Origin: Sedimentisphaerales bacterium
GTDB lineage: Bacteria > Planctomycetota > Phycisphaerae > Sedimentisphaerales > Anaerobacaceae
NCBI GenBank assembly: GCA_040772485.1
Contig: JAXGYC010000007.1
Coordinates: 1,110,733-1,174,732 of the forward strand
DNA: 64,000 bases
Reading direction: 5' to 3'
Position numbers and translations under genes: made by a program. Positions 1 through 11,300 of this stretch are shown here, piece after piece; position 1 is the first letter of the stretch, and the number at the start of each line of letters is the position of its first letter. The notes under the pieces were generated by a model that was not told where the DNA came from, searched no databases, and saw only the letters and a list, made by a program, of their open reading frames with translations.

Positions 1-1815
1 ATAGACCGCGTTGGCGCCCTCGTAGTCCAGCTCCTTGAGCTTCCAGAGTCGCTGACGCAGGTTGGACGCGCCGATCCTTTCCCGCCAGTGCTCGGCGCCT
101 GTGGGCGTCGGCCGCTCGACGACGGGAGCGCCCGGCTCGAACGTCACCAGATCGCTGTCGCGGAAACCGATCCGGCAGGCCTTGGCGTACAGCACGTCGC
201 CCGGTTTCAGCGGGACCTCGCGCGAACAAAGCAACCACCCTGTCTTGTCCTTCGGGTCGCCGCCCACGCGATACGCGATGGAGGACCCCGCCGTGGCGCA
301 GGCCAGCGTGACGCTCGCTCCCTCGGTCGCATCGCCCGTTCGCTTGACGACCACCGGCGGCGCCGTCTTCTCGTATTGCCCGTTCGGCCGTTTCCATTCG
401 TCAAAGATCGGCTCGGGAATCAATCCGACGTCCTGCGTGTCTTTGTACCACTCTTCATGCGCCCTTCGCAGCCGCTCCAACACCTCCGCGTAGGCCGGAT
501 CGCCGGCCAGATTGCGGACCTCATGAGGGTCAGCGACAACGTCATAGAGTTCTTCAATCGGCTTGGCCGGTTCGAAGTACTGCTTCTGCGGCCCATCCAG
601 TTCGCCCTCGGCGTGGAGCCGTCGCATCTCCTGCATCGTGGGCATCTCATTCATGTAACGGATGTCCTGGGCGCGTGAAACGTACCACATGTAGTTGCGG
701 ATGTACTTGAAGCGTTTGTCCCGGACGGCCCGGATCAGGTCGTACGCTTCATCCATGCGATCGCGGGCGGCGAAAACGTACTCCCGCGGCCTGGCTTTGC
801 GGGGTCCCAGAAACGCATGGCCCTGCATGTGAGAAGGGATCTCCACTGTGGCCAGCGAGAGCATCGTCGGGGCGAAGTCAACGAAGGCAATCAGGTCGTC
901 GTTGACCGTTCCGGGGGCGATCGCCTCGGGCCTGTCCGGCATGGCGAGTTTGCACCACTTCGGGGGGACGCGGACAATCAGCGGCACGCGAAGGCCGGAA
1001 TCGTAGATCCATCGCTTGGCGCGAGGCAGCCCCCGACCGTGGTCTCCCCAGAACCACACGATCGTATCGTCGGCCAGACCGTCCTGCTCCAGGTCATCGA
1101 GCACCTGCCTGACCTGTCTGTCCATCAGCGTGATGAGGTCGTAGTACTGCGCCCAATCCTGCCGGACCCTGGGCGTGTCGGGGTAGTATGGCGGAAGCAC
1201 CGCCTGGGCGGGATCGTGCCGCTCTGCCGGACCCAGACCGGCCAGTCGCCTGAGCATCGCATCGCTTCGGTTGCGGATCTGGCTCTCATGCGTCGTCGTG
1301 AAGTTGATGACCGCAAAGAACGGCTTGTCTTTGGGGCGGTTCCGCCAATGCGCGCTGCTGCTGCACTCGTCCCACGCCGTCAGCGGAGCTTCGAACTGGT
1401 AGTCCGTCTTGACGTTGTTGGTGCAGTAGTAGCCGGCCGCGCGCAGGTACTCGGGAAAGCACTTGACTTGCTGCGGGGGCACGCCCGCACAGCGCATGTG
1501 GTGTGTCCCGATCGTCGTCGGGTACATCCCGGTGATGATTCCCGATCGGGTCGGTGCGCAGACGCCGGAATGCGAGAACACATGGTTGTACCGCACGCCT
1601 TCCGAGGCCAGCCGATCCAGGTTGGGCGTCACCGCATACGCATCGCCATAACAGCCCAGGTCCGGGCTGATATCCTCCGTGCTGATCCAGAGGAAATTGG
1701 GCCGGTCCTGCCGGCGAACTTCCTGAGCAAGAAGGGAACGTTTCGGCAGCATCATCGCCGTCAGAGACCCGCACGCCACTTTCAGAAATCGGCGCCGGTT
1801 CCAGTTGCCGTTCAT
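1..1815 (-). CDS. Tat-exported sulfatase with C-terminal accessory domain(s); 3' end runs off the window
   Basis: Hand translation from ATG 1815 (GGAG SD) gives MNGNWNRRRFLKVACG (twin-arginine signal), RPNFLWISTEDISPDLGCYGD, the formylglycine motif CAPTRSGIITG and RDRMDEAYDLIRAVRDKRFKYIRN. The segments I translated stay in frame to position 1. It is missing from the ORF track, consistent with no stop in the window. Confidence 0.92.
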   Translation of the reverse strand, partial: MNGNWNRRRFLKVACGSLTAMMLPKRSLLAQEVRRQDRPNFLWISTEDISPDLGCYGDAYAVTPNLDRLASEGVRYNHVFSHSGVCAPTRSGIITGMYPTTIGTHHMRCAGVPPQQVKCFPEYLRAAGYYCTNNVKTDYQFEAPLTAWDECSSSAHWRNRPKDKPFFAVINFTTTHESQIRNRSDAMLRRLAGLGPAERHDPAQAVLPPYYPDTPRVRQDWAQYYDLITLMDRQVRQVLDDLEQDGLADDTIVWFWGDHGRGLPRAKRWIYDSGLRVPLIVRVPPKWCKLAMPDRPEAIAPGTVNDDLIAFVDFAPTMLSLATVEIPSHMQGHAFLGPRKARPREYVFAARDRMDEAYDLIRAVRDKRFKYIRNYMWYVSRAQDIRYMNEMPTMQEMRRLHAEGELDGPQKQYFEPAKPIEELYDVVADPHEVRNLAGDPAYAEVLERLRRAHEEWYKDTQDVGLIPEPIFDEWKRPNGQYEKTAPPVVVKRTGDATEGASVTLACATAGSSIAYRVGGDPKDKTGWLLCSREVPLKPGDVLYAKACRIGFRDSDLVTFEPGAPVVERPTPTGAEHWRERIGASNLRQRLWKLKELDYEGANAVY

Positions 1816-1906
1816 ATAACCTCCAGACCGGGCGTTTCCGATGCGCTGGCCCATCGGAAGATGCCAACTCAGAACAGGGAACGCCCTGTGGACACTCCAC
1901 AGGATC

Positions 1907-4900
1907 TCATTGCGGCGTTCCAAGGATCTTCAGGGAATCCTCGATCACAGGAAGGGTCTTGGTTTCCACTTTGGGATTGTCGGCCTTCCCCGTGACCTCC
2001 ATGCGAACGACGGCGCCGCCGAGTCCCTCGGTCAGCGACTGAAGGATCGACGGCTTGGCCGCCGCGACGCGTCGACCGCGAGCGGTCAGCGTGAGATTGA
2101 CGTCGTTGTCGCGCAGGTTCATGGCGCCGCTGCCGGTAAAGGCCAGATTCCTGCCCGACATGTCGAACTTGCTGATCAGCAGCTTGTTGCGCTTGAGATA
2201 CGATTCCAGCAGCATCCGTTCGAACGCGTAGTCCGTGGGTTCCGTCAGACTCAACACGGCCAGGAGATTGGCCAATGGCGAGACCTTTCCCACCTGCATG
2301 TCCGCCACATCGATCCGGCAGACGCCGAGACGGGAGGAGCCATCACCGATCGAGGCCCCCAATCCCAGTGTCGCGTTCATCGTCCCGCTGCTGGCGCTCG
2401 TCTCCGCCACGGGATCGAGCTTGCCACCCAGGAGAAACCTCTTGAGATCGACCCGGACCAGACCGACGGTCGCCAGATACTGAACCACGCCGGCTGCAAC
2501 CGGTTCGATACGGAGACGGCCGAGAAGATGACCGCCGTAGCAGTCGCCCAGGAAGTTGTCTGCCGACCACGCGCGCGTGTTCGGATCGTATACGAGTTCG
2601 GCGTTCAGACGGGTAACGTCCTTGCCCTTGATGTTGAACCGGTCGGCCGCCAGTTGCATTCGCCCGGATGAAAACCCGGTCTTCGTATCGTACGCCGCCT
2701 CGATGCCGAGAGTCCCGTACACCTCGGTTCCCGTGCCGGAGACATGGAAGCTGCACGGCCGCAGGTCCATCCGACCGCCGAGCCGAACAAGCTTATGGTC
2801 TTTTCCCGAGACCTCCAGAGTCTCCATGTCCAGATCGAATGGCCCTCTGGGCGAGGAATCCCGATAGATGCCCTGGAGACTCTTCGGCAGCGATTCACCC
2901 AACTGCGACGTGAACAGAATGTCACGCGCTCGCGCCGTGAATACCGCTTCCCCCCGGCTCTCGGGCAGAAGGCTCAGACGCCCGTTGACGCGCACCGAAG
3001 GCCGCAGGGACGGATCGGACTGGAGCGATGGCGCCGCTTCGATGTCCTGGAACGTCACGGCCTTCGCGTCCACGGCAATCGTGCCTGTGACGTCTTGCAG
3101 CGGGTACGGGAATCTCTCGTGGTTGATCTTGTTTCCGAGGCACACGATGGAAGCCGTCAGATCGGGCGGCTGGTTGCTGTCGACCTTGCTGTAGCCTATG
3201 GTGACGTCCACCGCCCCCTCCGGCCGGAATGCCAAAACGTGCCGCCTGGCCGCCTCCGGCAGCAACCCCAGCACCGTCTCGTCCAGTGGTGTTTGCTTCG
3301 TCGTCACGTTCAGATGGTATTGCCCCGGCTGGTCGGCCCTGGCGAACTGTATGCTCCCCGCCAACCGCACTTCACTCTGGCGGTATCGCCCGACGCAATC
3401 CGTGATCGCGGCCGAATCCGGCGTGATGGAGGCCTGACCCGAAAGACCCGTCAGCACCACCGGCCAGGAATCCATCTTCAGGGAAGCATCGGCCACGAAA
3501 GCGTCGGCCGCGAAGCGGATGGGATTCGGGCTGTTGACGTCCTCGGCGGTGAAGATCCTGGCGCGGACCCTCGCGGTTCCGCTGGCGTCGAATCGTCTGG
3601 CCGCCGTCCGGTATTGCTCCGGCAGCGCCTGCCTCAGCGTTGCATCCAGCGGGATGGCGTTGGCATCGACCGTGATATTGTAGATCGGCCGGCCTGTGTC
3701 GCGGTCGGTGACCTGACCGTCCAGTCGGATCCGGCGCCCCTGCCCCGATGCAACCACGTCGGTCACAAGGACCCTCTCCCGGTCGAAGTAGATTCCTCCC
3801 GTCATGTCTTGCAGAGGATAGGGGAACTTCTCGTACGTGGCGTTGACACCGCGCAGGTCGATGGCGATGTGGCTGCGTTTGTCCGACGGGCTCGACCGAG
3901 TCAACCGGTAATCCACGCCAATGACCCCGCTCGGCGAAAAGGCGTCCCAGAGCCGCTTCTGGCCTGGCGGCAGCGCCGCATAGAGGTCTTCGTCCAGAAT
4001 CATATTGCCGCTGGAGATCTGGTACTGATACTGTCGATGGTCGCCATGGCCCCTGGCCCAGCCCTGGATCAGCACATCCACCTCGCCATGCTTGCCCTTG
4101 AGCTGGTTCAACTGCACCGCGGACTGGGAGAACTCCACCGTTCCGGACAGATGATCGACCGCATAGGGAAACCGGCTGTCAAGGATGGACATATCCTCGC
4201 ACACCACACTTCCCGTGACCTCACTGTCAAACAGGGCGTGGACATTGCCGCGTGCATCGAGGCGGACCGACGCAACTCGGCCGAACGGACGAAACCGGGC
4301 GAAGAACCGCTGGGCGGCCGCCATCCCGCCGGACTGCCGAGCCGGGTCCGTCGCGAGCAGCCGAAAGGCGTCAACTTCCGGGCTGTGCTTGCTGTGCAGG
4401 TCCTTGATCTGCAGGTGCAGCTTGTAGGCGCCGGAACGATCGTACTCGACGTCCGCGGCCAACACGTCGACGGCCCAAGCCCGTTCGAGCGAAGGAATGT
4501 CCGTCGAGGACAAGCCGCCGGCCACCTCAAATCGCCCGGGGGTCCAGGAGCCTCGCAGAGCGCTGTCTCCGTAGCCGCCGGAGAGCTTGGCCGTCTTGAT
4601 CTCGAACCCGTGGCTGCCGTCGCTGACGCCGGGGAATCCGAAGCGCGCTTCCACAGGCACCGAGGTCACCACTTCCGTCTCCCCCCCGGACACCTTGCAG
4701 TAGCGCAGCTTGCCTCGCCGAAGAGCAACAACCGGCACTCGTCCGCCTTTGCCCGAGGAGGTATTCAGCCGCAAGCCGCCGACATTCCATCGTCCGGAAT
4801 CGAGATCGTGCTGGACGTCGAGAATGAAATCCACAACGTGAATCTCCTTCACACGAGGCGACAACAGCAGCAAACTGCCCAGACTGAACTTCGCATAGAC

Positions 4901-5209
4901 GTTCTTGGCGCGCAGGATCGTGTCGTCGTAGAACAGCGCCTCGTGTTCGGCGGGACGAATGACGATGCCGTCGATGGAGACGGAGGCGTTGCGGTGGAAA
5001 TCGAAAGGCCCCATCTCGATGCGCGTGTTCGTCAGCCGGCTGATCTCCACAGCGGCGATCCCGGGCAGGGCTCTGGCCACCCAGATGCCGAGGACGACGA
5101 CGGCCGCCAGGAGAATCGCGGGCAGAACCGCCAGGCGGATGAGCATGCGGCGACGCCATCCTCTCTTGGTGAAGTCTGCTCCCGTGCTGGAACGTATGGA
5201 TCGGGCCAT
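1907..5209 (-). CDS. AsmA-like/TamB-type repeated beta-groove envelope protein
   Basis: 1100 aa with one N-terminal TM helix, repeated (K/R)FPYPLQDxTGxI beta units and a C-terminal VVRMEVTGKADNPKVE segment typical of AsmA-like C termini. The start could be 5146. Confidence 0.7.
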   Translation of the reverse strand: MARSIRSSTGADFTKRGWRRRMLIRLAVLPAILLAAVVVLGIWVARALPGIAAVEISRLTNTRIEMGPFDFHRNASVSIDGIVIRPAEHEALFYDDTILRAKNVYAKFSLGSLLLLSPRVKEIHVVDFILDVQHDLDSGRWNVGGLRLNTSSGKGGRVPVVALRRGKLRYCKVSGGETEVVTSVPVEARFGFPGVSDGSHGFEIKTAKLSGGYGDSALRGSWTPGRFEVAGGLSSTDIPSLERAWAVDVLAADVEYDRSGAYKLHLQIKDLHSKHSPEVDAFRLLATDPARQSGGMAAAQRFFARFRPFGRVASVRLDARGNVHALFDSEVTGSVVCEDMSILDSRFPYAVDHLSGTVEFSQSAVQLNQLKGKHGEVDVLIQGWARGHGDHRQYQYQISSGNMILDEDLYAALPPGQKRLWDAFSPSGVIGVDYRLTRSSPSDKRSHIAIDLRGVNATYEKFPYPLQDMTGGIYFDRERVLVTDVVASGQGRRIRLDGQVTDRDTGRPIYNITVDANAIPLDATLRQALPEQYRTAARRFDASGTARVRARIFTAEDVNSPNPIRFAADAFVADASLKMDSWPVVLTGLSGQASITPDSAAITDCVGRYRQSEVRLAGSIQFARADQPGQYHLNVTTKQTPLDETVLGLLPEAARRHVLAFRPEGAVDVTIGYSKVDSNQPPDLTASIVCLGNKINHERFPYPLQDVTGTIAVDAKAVTFQDIEAAPSLQSDPSLRPSVRVNGRLSLLPESRGEAVFTARARDILFTSQLGESLPKSLQGIYRDSSPRGPFDLDMETLEVSGKDHKLVRLGGRMDLRPCSFHVSGTGTEVYGTLGIEAAYDTKTGFSSGRMQLAADRFNIKGKDVTRLNAELVYDPNTRAWSADNFLGDCYGGHLLGRLRIEPVAAGVVQYLATVGLVRVDLKRFLLGGKLDPVAETSASSGTMNATLGLGASIGDGSSRLGVCRIDVADMQVGKVSPLANLLAVLSLTEPTDYAFERMLLESYLKRNKLLISKFDMSGRNLAFTGSGAMNLRDNDVNLTLTARGRRVAAAKPSILQSLTEGLGGAVVRMEVTGKADNPKVETKTLPVIEDSLKILGTPQ

Positions 5210-5239
5210 GAGAACTCGCGCATCGTTCGAATTGCAGGG

Positions 5240-6517
5240 CTAACGCGACCGCCGAATCGCCTTGTCGGAGATATCGCGACGGCAATACGCCCCTTCAAAG
5301 GAAATGCGATCGACCGCCTCATAAGCCCGCGCCTTTGCGGCGGCCGTATCGCGTCCCAGGGCCGTCACACCCAGAACGCGTCCACCGCTGGTGACCACGT
5401 TGCCGTTCTGCTGTTCCGTCCCGGCGTGAAACACCACCACGTCGCCGAGAGACTCCGCCTCGGCAATCCCCGTGATGACCTTGCCTTTGGCGTAGGCATC
5501 CGGATACCCGCCGGAAGCCATCACGACGCACACGGCCGGGCGCGGGTCCCACTGAAGGCACATATCATCCAGTCGGCCGTCGCAGACCGCCAGGAACACT
5601 TCCAACAGGTCGCTCTTGAGTCTCATCAGGATCGGCTGGGTCTCCGGATCGCCGAACCGGACGTTGAATTCCAGAACGCGCGGCCCGCCGCTGGTCATCA
5701 TCAGCCCCGCGTAGAGAACTCCCCTGTACGGCGTACCGTTGCGGTTCATCGCATCCACGATGGGCACCAGTATCTCGCGCGAGATGCGGCCCATCATGTC
5801 GTCGGTGACCACAGGCGCAGGGCTGTAGGCGCCCATCCCGCCCGTGTTCGGGCCCGTGTCGCCGTCACCGATAGGCTTATGGTCCTGCGACGACTCCATG
5901 AGATAGATGTTGCGGCCGTCCACGAACGCGAGAATCGAGGCCTCCTCTCCGAGCAGCTTGTCCTCCACGATCACCCGGTCTCCGGCCGCTCCGAAAATCC
6001 GGTCGACCATGATCCGCTCGGCGGCCAGAATACCGTCGGACGGCTCGTCGCAAACGATGACACCTTTGCCCTTGGCCAGCCCGGTGGCCTTGATCACGAC
6101 GGGCTCGTCGCGACTGGCGATGTACGCCTTCGCGTCGCTGAACCGGTCGAACACGCGGGATTCGGCCGTCGAAACGGCGCTGGCACGCATCATCTGCTTG
6201 GCGAAGGCCTTGTCGGCCTCCAACTGCGCGGCCGCACCGCTCGGGCCGAACGCCTTGATCCCGGCCGCTTCCATCGCGTCCACGAGCCCGGACGCCAGTG
6301 GATCCTCCGGGCCGACAACAACCAGACCGACGTTCTGCGTCCGGGCGAAGTCCACCAGCGATGCAACGTCGTTATCCCCGATGGCGACGTTCTGTCCACA
6401 CAGGGCGGTGCCCGCGTTTCCCGGCGCGATGTAGAGCTTGCCGAGCTGTTTGGATTGTCTCAACTTCCAGGCGATCGCGTGCTCGCGTCCCCCACTGCCG
6501 ATCAGCAGTACGTCCAT
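5240..6517 (-). CDS. purD: Phosphoribosylamine-glycine ligase
   Basis: GSGGREHAIAWKL, KATGLAKGKGV, SQDHK, GPNTGGMGAYSP, EFNVRFGDPETQ, TSGGRVL. Confidence 0.98.
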   Translation of the reverse strand: MDVLLIGSGGREHAIAWKLRQSKQLGKLYIAPGNAGTALCGQNVAIGDNDVASLVDFARTQNVGLVVVGPEDPLASGLVDAMEAAGIKAFGPSGAAAQLEADKAFAKQMMRASAVSTAESRVFDRFSDAKAYIASRDEPVVIKATGLAKGKGVIVCDEPSDGILAAERIMVDRIFGAAGDRVIVEDKLLGEEASILAFVDGRNIYLMESSQDHKPIGDGDTGPNTGGMGAYSPAPVVTDDMMGRISREILVPIVDAMNRNGTPYRGVLYAGLMMTSGGPRVLEFNVRFGDPETQPILMRLKSDLLEVFLAVCDGRLDDMCLQWDPRPAVCVVMASGGYPDAYAKGKVITGIAEAESLGDVVVFHAGTEQQNGNVVTSGGRVLGVTALGRDTAAAKARAYEAVDRISFEGAYCRRDISDKAIRRSR

Positions 6518-6606
6518 TCTCTTACCTCAAATCTCATCCTGAGTCCGGCCCGACATTGACAGAGCCCGGGCTGCCCGCCGTTCGGGCCCGGCGACCGTAG
6601 AGTACT

Positions 6607-6635
6607 ACTGTATCAAAGCCGCGCCGTTTGCTCAA
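6607..6635 (-). promoter_or_regulatory. Putative sigma70 promoter of purD
   Basis: TTGAGC-17 bp-TACAGT on the minus strand about 90 bp upstream of purD. Confidence 0.45.
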
Positions 6636-6796
6636 GCCGATAGTTGGCAGGGAAGAGATGGCAGGAACGTGAAGCAGGAGGGCAACCTGGGCAGCAGCGC
6701 GCAAAGCATCCTCACGCCGCCCAGAGGACGCGGCGCGATCGCGGTCAGGCCGCCAGATGTTCCTTCAGACGCTTCGGCACGCACGCGGCCGACAGG

Positions 6797-8020
6797 TCAC
6801 GGAACCGCATACCAGCCAATGCCCTCATCGAACCAGACATTGTCGGGCAGCGCCCGGAGTTTTTCCGCCTCACTCTCGCTCGTGGTGAAGAAATGGGCTC
6901 CGGCACTCTGCGACCAGAAACGATATACCGGACAAGCCCAGGACACCTGCTTGCCGACCGGATAGGCGTAGAAGGCGATGCCCTGGTGCGTCCATACGTC
7001 AGGATACTGCTCCAGAAGCTTGGTGATCTCCCGCTCCTTGAGCGTGTAGAAATGCGACATCGTCTCGTCCGACCAGAAGCGGTGCACGGGCAGACAGTTG
7101 GGATCGGAGGCATCCGGGAACGCGCGGAACGCAGTGCCCTGGTAGGTCCATTCCTTCGGGTGTTCGTTGATCAGCGTGTCCTTCTCGGTCTCACTGATCG
7201 TATAGTAATGGGCCTTGTTGATGGGCGACCAGAACCGATAGACCGGTTTCAGCGATGCCTCGATGATCTTGCCGTATTCGACCACCACATTGTCGAGGTA
7301 AGCGCGCCCCGAACCAATGGCCAGGCCGGTGGATCGGCCTCCGAGGTATATGAAGATCGGGCCGCCGCCCCAAGTCCCACGGACCAGACCGCGGTAGGCG
7401 TCCCAGGCCCTATCGAGACCATAGCCCCAGGTACTCACGTAAAGCGCATCGAGTTGCGAATCGTAGGATACATACAGTGTCCCATCGTTGACCCACCGTT
7501 CACTGTATCCGCTCATGGTGGAATACCCATCCACCCTCTCATAAGAGAAGCTGGGGAACCGATTCACACACCCGGCGCCGAATTCGAGCCGTCGGTATCG
7601 AGGGTTCTGATCGCTGGGGGTCACGCCAATCCCGATCCACCCCTCCTCTTCGATGGTCACAAGATCGTAGTGAAAATCGACCCTCATCCCAAAATCGTAT
7701 CGGGGGTCGAGTCGCCAGGTGTTTCCCACATACGCGGCGAACGCCTCGAAAGGCGGCTCCGAAGCCCGCAGTTCCAGGCGTCTGTTCGTTTCCTTAACGA
7801 ATATGTTGTTCGGGTCCTCCGAGTACTCCTTCCACAGCCAGGCCCGCGAGTTGTCATCGAACGAGTCCTTCAGGGCGATCTCGTTCTGGGAACTCATGGT
7901 GCCGTCGCTGACCACGATAGTGGTTTCGTCCGCATGCACATCCGGGCAGAATCTCGACGCGGCGAGAATCCCTCCCACCGCCAGCACGCAAACAAATGTG
8001 TTACGTATCATGATTCTCAT
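6797..8020 (-). CDS. Secreted protein with three C-terminal PVYRFWS...HFYT repeats (DUF5648-like)
   Basis: Start moved to ATG 8020 (GAGGAG SD, signal peptide MRIMIRNTFVCVLAVGGILAA). Repeats: PVYRFWSPINKAHYYT, PVHRFWSDETMSHFYT, PVYRFWSQSAGAHFFT. Confidence 0.7.
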   Translation of the reverse strand: MRIMIRNTFVCVLAVGGILAASRFCPDVHADETTIVVSDGTMSSQNEIALKDSFDDNSRAWLWKEYSEDPNNIFVKETNRRLELRASEPPFEAFAAYVGNTWRLDPRYDFGMRVDFHYDLVTIEEEGWIGIGVTPSDQNPRYRRLEFGAGCVNRFPSFSYERVDGYSTMSGYSERWVNDGTLYVSYDSQLDALYVSTWGYGLDRAWDAYRGLVRGTWGGGPIFIYLGGRSTGLAIGSGRAYLDNVVVEYGKIIEASLKPVYRFWSPINKAHYYTISETEKDTLINEHPKEWTYQGTAFRAFPDASDPNCLPVHRFWSDETMSHFYTLKEREITKLLEQYPDVWTHQGIAFYAYPVGKQVSWACPVYRFWSQSAGAHFFTTSESEAEKLRALPDNVWFDEGIGWYAVP

Positions 8021-8281
8021 CCCCCTTCTCCTCAATAGGGTGCTTGGCATTCCTGACAACGCAGGCAGCACGCACGCGGCCCCTGCACACAATAATTCCG
8101 GGAATCCCTTCCGAAAGGCGTCATCCGAACGGCCCTGATCGGTCGCACCCAACCGCAGTCGGGCGGCCCCCGCACTATCCCCCAACGCAACGCCTCGGTA
8201 GCTGGGCTCTGAAACGTACGGTTTTCGGGCCGTATGCCGCTTCCATGGCAACTTAAAGCGGTCTGTCACCGCTGTTTTTCT

Positions 8282-8309
8282 ATTATAACATTTCGGCCCG
8301 GAATGTCAA
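8282..8309 (-). promoter_or_regulatory. Consensus sigma70 promoter with extended -10
   Basis: The minus strand reads TTGACA-16 bp-TATAAT with TG one base upstream of the -10. Confidence 0.75.
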
Positions 8310-8375
8310 GCAAACGGGGCCAAATCGCGTCTTTTTCGTGCTCCGGCTCCGCCGCCGCCGGAGGACAAGTCCAGG

Positions 8376-11300
8376 CTACAGGGACCGACTGGCTTGGGGC
8401 GTTCCGCCATAGGCGCCCATGTTGATCCGACCACCGTTCGGGGCCGGCTCGTCGCCCGAATCGCCCGACGGGTCCCCCGCATCGATGCAGGGGCTACTCA
8501 CCTCGTCGATAACCCAGTCGGACACTCGGGTATCCCAGTGGCCGGCCAGGGACCTGAGGTGATAATCCCCGCTCGCGGAGTCAACAAAAAGCGGGTCCGC
8601 CTCGATGTTGCCTTCTCCCTCGCAGCCCCCCTGGATGTCGTTGAAGCGGACGTCGTAGAGACCGCCTCCCGTCAGAGAATTCGCCTCGAAGTACAGTTCG
8701 TTCTCCCAGACGATGTTGTTCAGGAGGCAGGCTCGTTCCGGCACGCTGCCTGACGTGAGTCCCCTCGTGGACCCCAGATGCAAGCCATTCGGCCGGTTGC
8801 GAACGATCGTGTTGTTGACCACACGCGGGCGGCCGTAGAGATTGTAGAGACCGCCGCCCCAGTACGCCGAGTTCTCCGCGATGACGTTGTTGGAAACGGT
8901 CGGCGCAGCGCTGTAGACGTGGATACCGCCGCCCTCCCAGTCGGCGGTGTTGCCGACGATCGTGTTATTGGTGATGACGGCCCGCGAATCATCGAGACAG
9001 GCAATCGCACCGCCGCTCTCGGCATGGTTGTTCGAGAAGCGGCAGTGGTCAATCACAGGACTCGAAGCGGGATCGGACTTGGAGCGGGCGTCCCCCGGCC
9101 TGTCGGCCTTGCAGCAGAGCACCGCTCCTCCGACCAGATCGACCGTATCGGCGGCAGTGGCATAGGGCTTGTTGGCGAATGCGAGATGGCAGTATTGCAG
9201 CACGTCGTCGTCGCCTGAACCAACGAACCGTATGCCGAACCAGCCGTCAATCGTGTCGGTGGCATTGAACAGAATCAGGTCGCGTTCTGTGCCCACGGCG
9301 TGGAGCGTCGCGTCCGGACCGACGGTCAACCCAAAATGGCCGGCAAACTTGACGGCCGCTCCCGGCTCGATGGTCAGCGACTGTCCTGCGGCGACCTCGA
9401 TGTCACCTGTGACCGTATAGGGACTGGCCGCCTTCGTCCAAACGCCGCTGACCGGCCCGCCCGGAACGAGCGTGCCCAGGCCTCCCGTGCCCCGCAAAAC
9501 GATTCGTCGAGATGGCGCGTTGGTGCTCGTCGACGTGACGTACAGGATGCCGGAGTAGACCCGCTCGGCCTGCGGCGCGAAACCGAGCCTCACCTCCATC
9601 GACTGCCCCGGCGAGAGAACGTGCTTGCTGACCGGATTGAGGATCGAGAAGACGCCCCGGGCATCAGAGAGATTCACGGCGCTGACCTGGAAATCGAGCT
9701 TGCCGGTATTGGAGATCTTGACCGTGGTCACGGCATTCGCATCCACGGCGACGCACCCGAACTCCGCCGTACCGGCCGGCTGGATGCCCATCAAAGGCAG
9801 GTCCAACTGGTTCTCGTAGGCGCCGATGTCGGCCACCGTGCTGTGGACTCGCGCGTTCCCGGCAAGATCGGCAACCTCGGTGACATCACCGCCTCCGGCA
9901 TTGATGCATGGCGAGGACATCTGGAGCGTCCAGTTCGCCGCCAAGGCATCGTACTCCGACCCGGCGCCGTCGCTCGAGTCGAAGAAGCATGGATAGTCAT
10001 TGAGGTTCCCAGGCCCAGGGTGGCCCCCCTCCACGTTGCAGAACGATACGGAGACCTCTGATTCGTAGCTCTCGATCTGGTAGTTGCTGTTGCCCCAGAT
10101 GATCGAGTTCGTCACCTCGGTGCCCAGCTCCGATTCACTGAAGACGCCGCCGGAAACGTTGTTGACGATCGTGCAATTGTCGATCCGCACGGCGCTGCCC
10201 AGATAGCAGCAGACTCCCCCACTCTGGGCCTCGCCTCCGATGCAGGTGTTGTTGGCGATGAGCGTGTTGCTGATCGTCGCCGAACTATAAAGGCAGTAGA
10301 TCGCGCCGGCTCGCCCGCAGGTGTTGTTGGTAATCTTGCAGTGCGTGATGGTCGGGCTCGAGGAGTTGCAGCAGATGGCGCCGCCCCACACCTTGTCGAT
10401 GTCCCAGTCGAACTCCAGGACCGGCGTCTCCACTCGGTTCTTCGCGAACGTGACCGAGCAGTGGCTCAGCACGTCGTCGTCGCCCGAGGAGACAAACCGA
10501 AGGCCGGACCAGCCCAACTCGCGATTGCCGGCGGTGAATTCCACCGGGCGTGCGGCCGTACCCTGAGCCAGCAGCCGCGCATCCGGGCCGACCGTCAGGG
10601 TGTACCGCCCCATGAATTCGATCCGTGTCCCCGCCTCGATGCTCAATTCGCCGCCCCGGGCCACATCGATGTCGCCATACACATAATATGGCGAATGGGC
10701 TTCGGACCACGTCCCGGACACGTGGCCTGTTTCGATTCGGGTTCCGCCGGTGGTCGCCGCCCCGCGGAGCGGCACGTGCTTGACCCGGCTGTCGCCGTAG
10801 TGAACGGCGAGCAGTCCGTAGTAGACCCCTGCGGATTCCGGATGGAACTTGACGTAGATCACCGCTTCCTGTCCCGGCGTCGAGATCGGGAATGAGCCGA
10901 TGCGGCCCGCGTATTCCTCACCGGTCAGCGACACGACGAACCCCTCGGGGCACGTGATCGAATCAACCGGCAGCGCAGCCGTCGAGCTGTTCTTCAGCGA
11001 CAGCGTCAGAGGCTCGGACGGCTGTCCTGGGACTCCACGGAAGGACAGAGAGCCCGGACGGAGCTCAACCGAAGGCGCCGTCGGCTGGATATTGACCAGC
11101 ACGGCAGAAATGGCATTGAGCGCGTGCGGAATATCGACGGGCAGACGATACCAGGCCTCCGCAATCGGAGCCGGATACGGCCGGCCCCATCCGAAATTCA
11201 GGTGGTACTCCCCATCGGTGTTGTAGCCGTCACAGACCACGGCGTGCCCGGCCATGCCGTCGGGCGTGTGAATGCCCAGAATCGCAGGCAACCGATTGGC

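Noticed and set aside
2744..6559. 1271-aa plus-strand ORF
   Set aside because: Antisense shadow of the AsmA-like gene and purD. It has no motifs, and such ORFs are expected in high-GC coding DNA.
6518..6606. Possible ZMP/ZTP or purine riboswitch upstream of purD
   Set aside because: GC-rich hairpins are present, but I could not recognise the conserved aptamer motifs.
8190..8240. Possible c-di-GMP-I riboswitch (GGCA...GAAA...CAGCTACCGA on the minus strand)
   Set aside because: It lacks the GGCAAA and GACGCAAAGC core and the second stem. Kept only as an unclassified leader.
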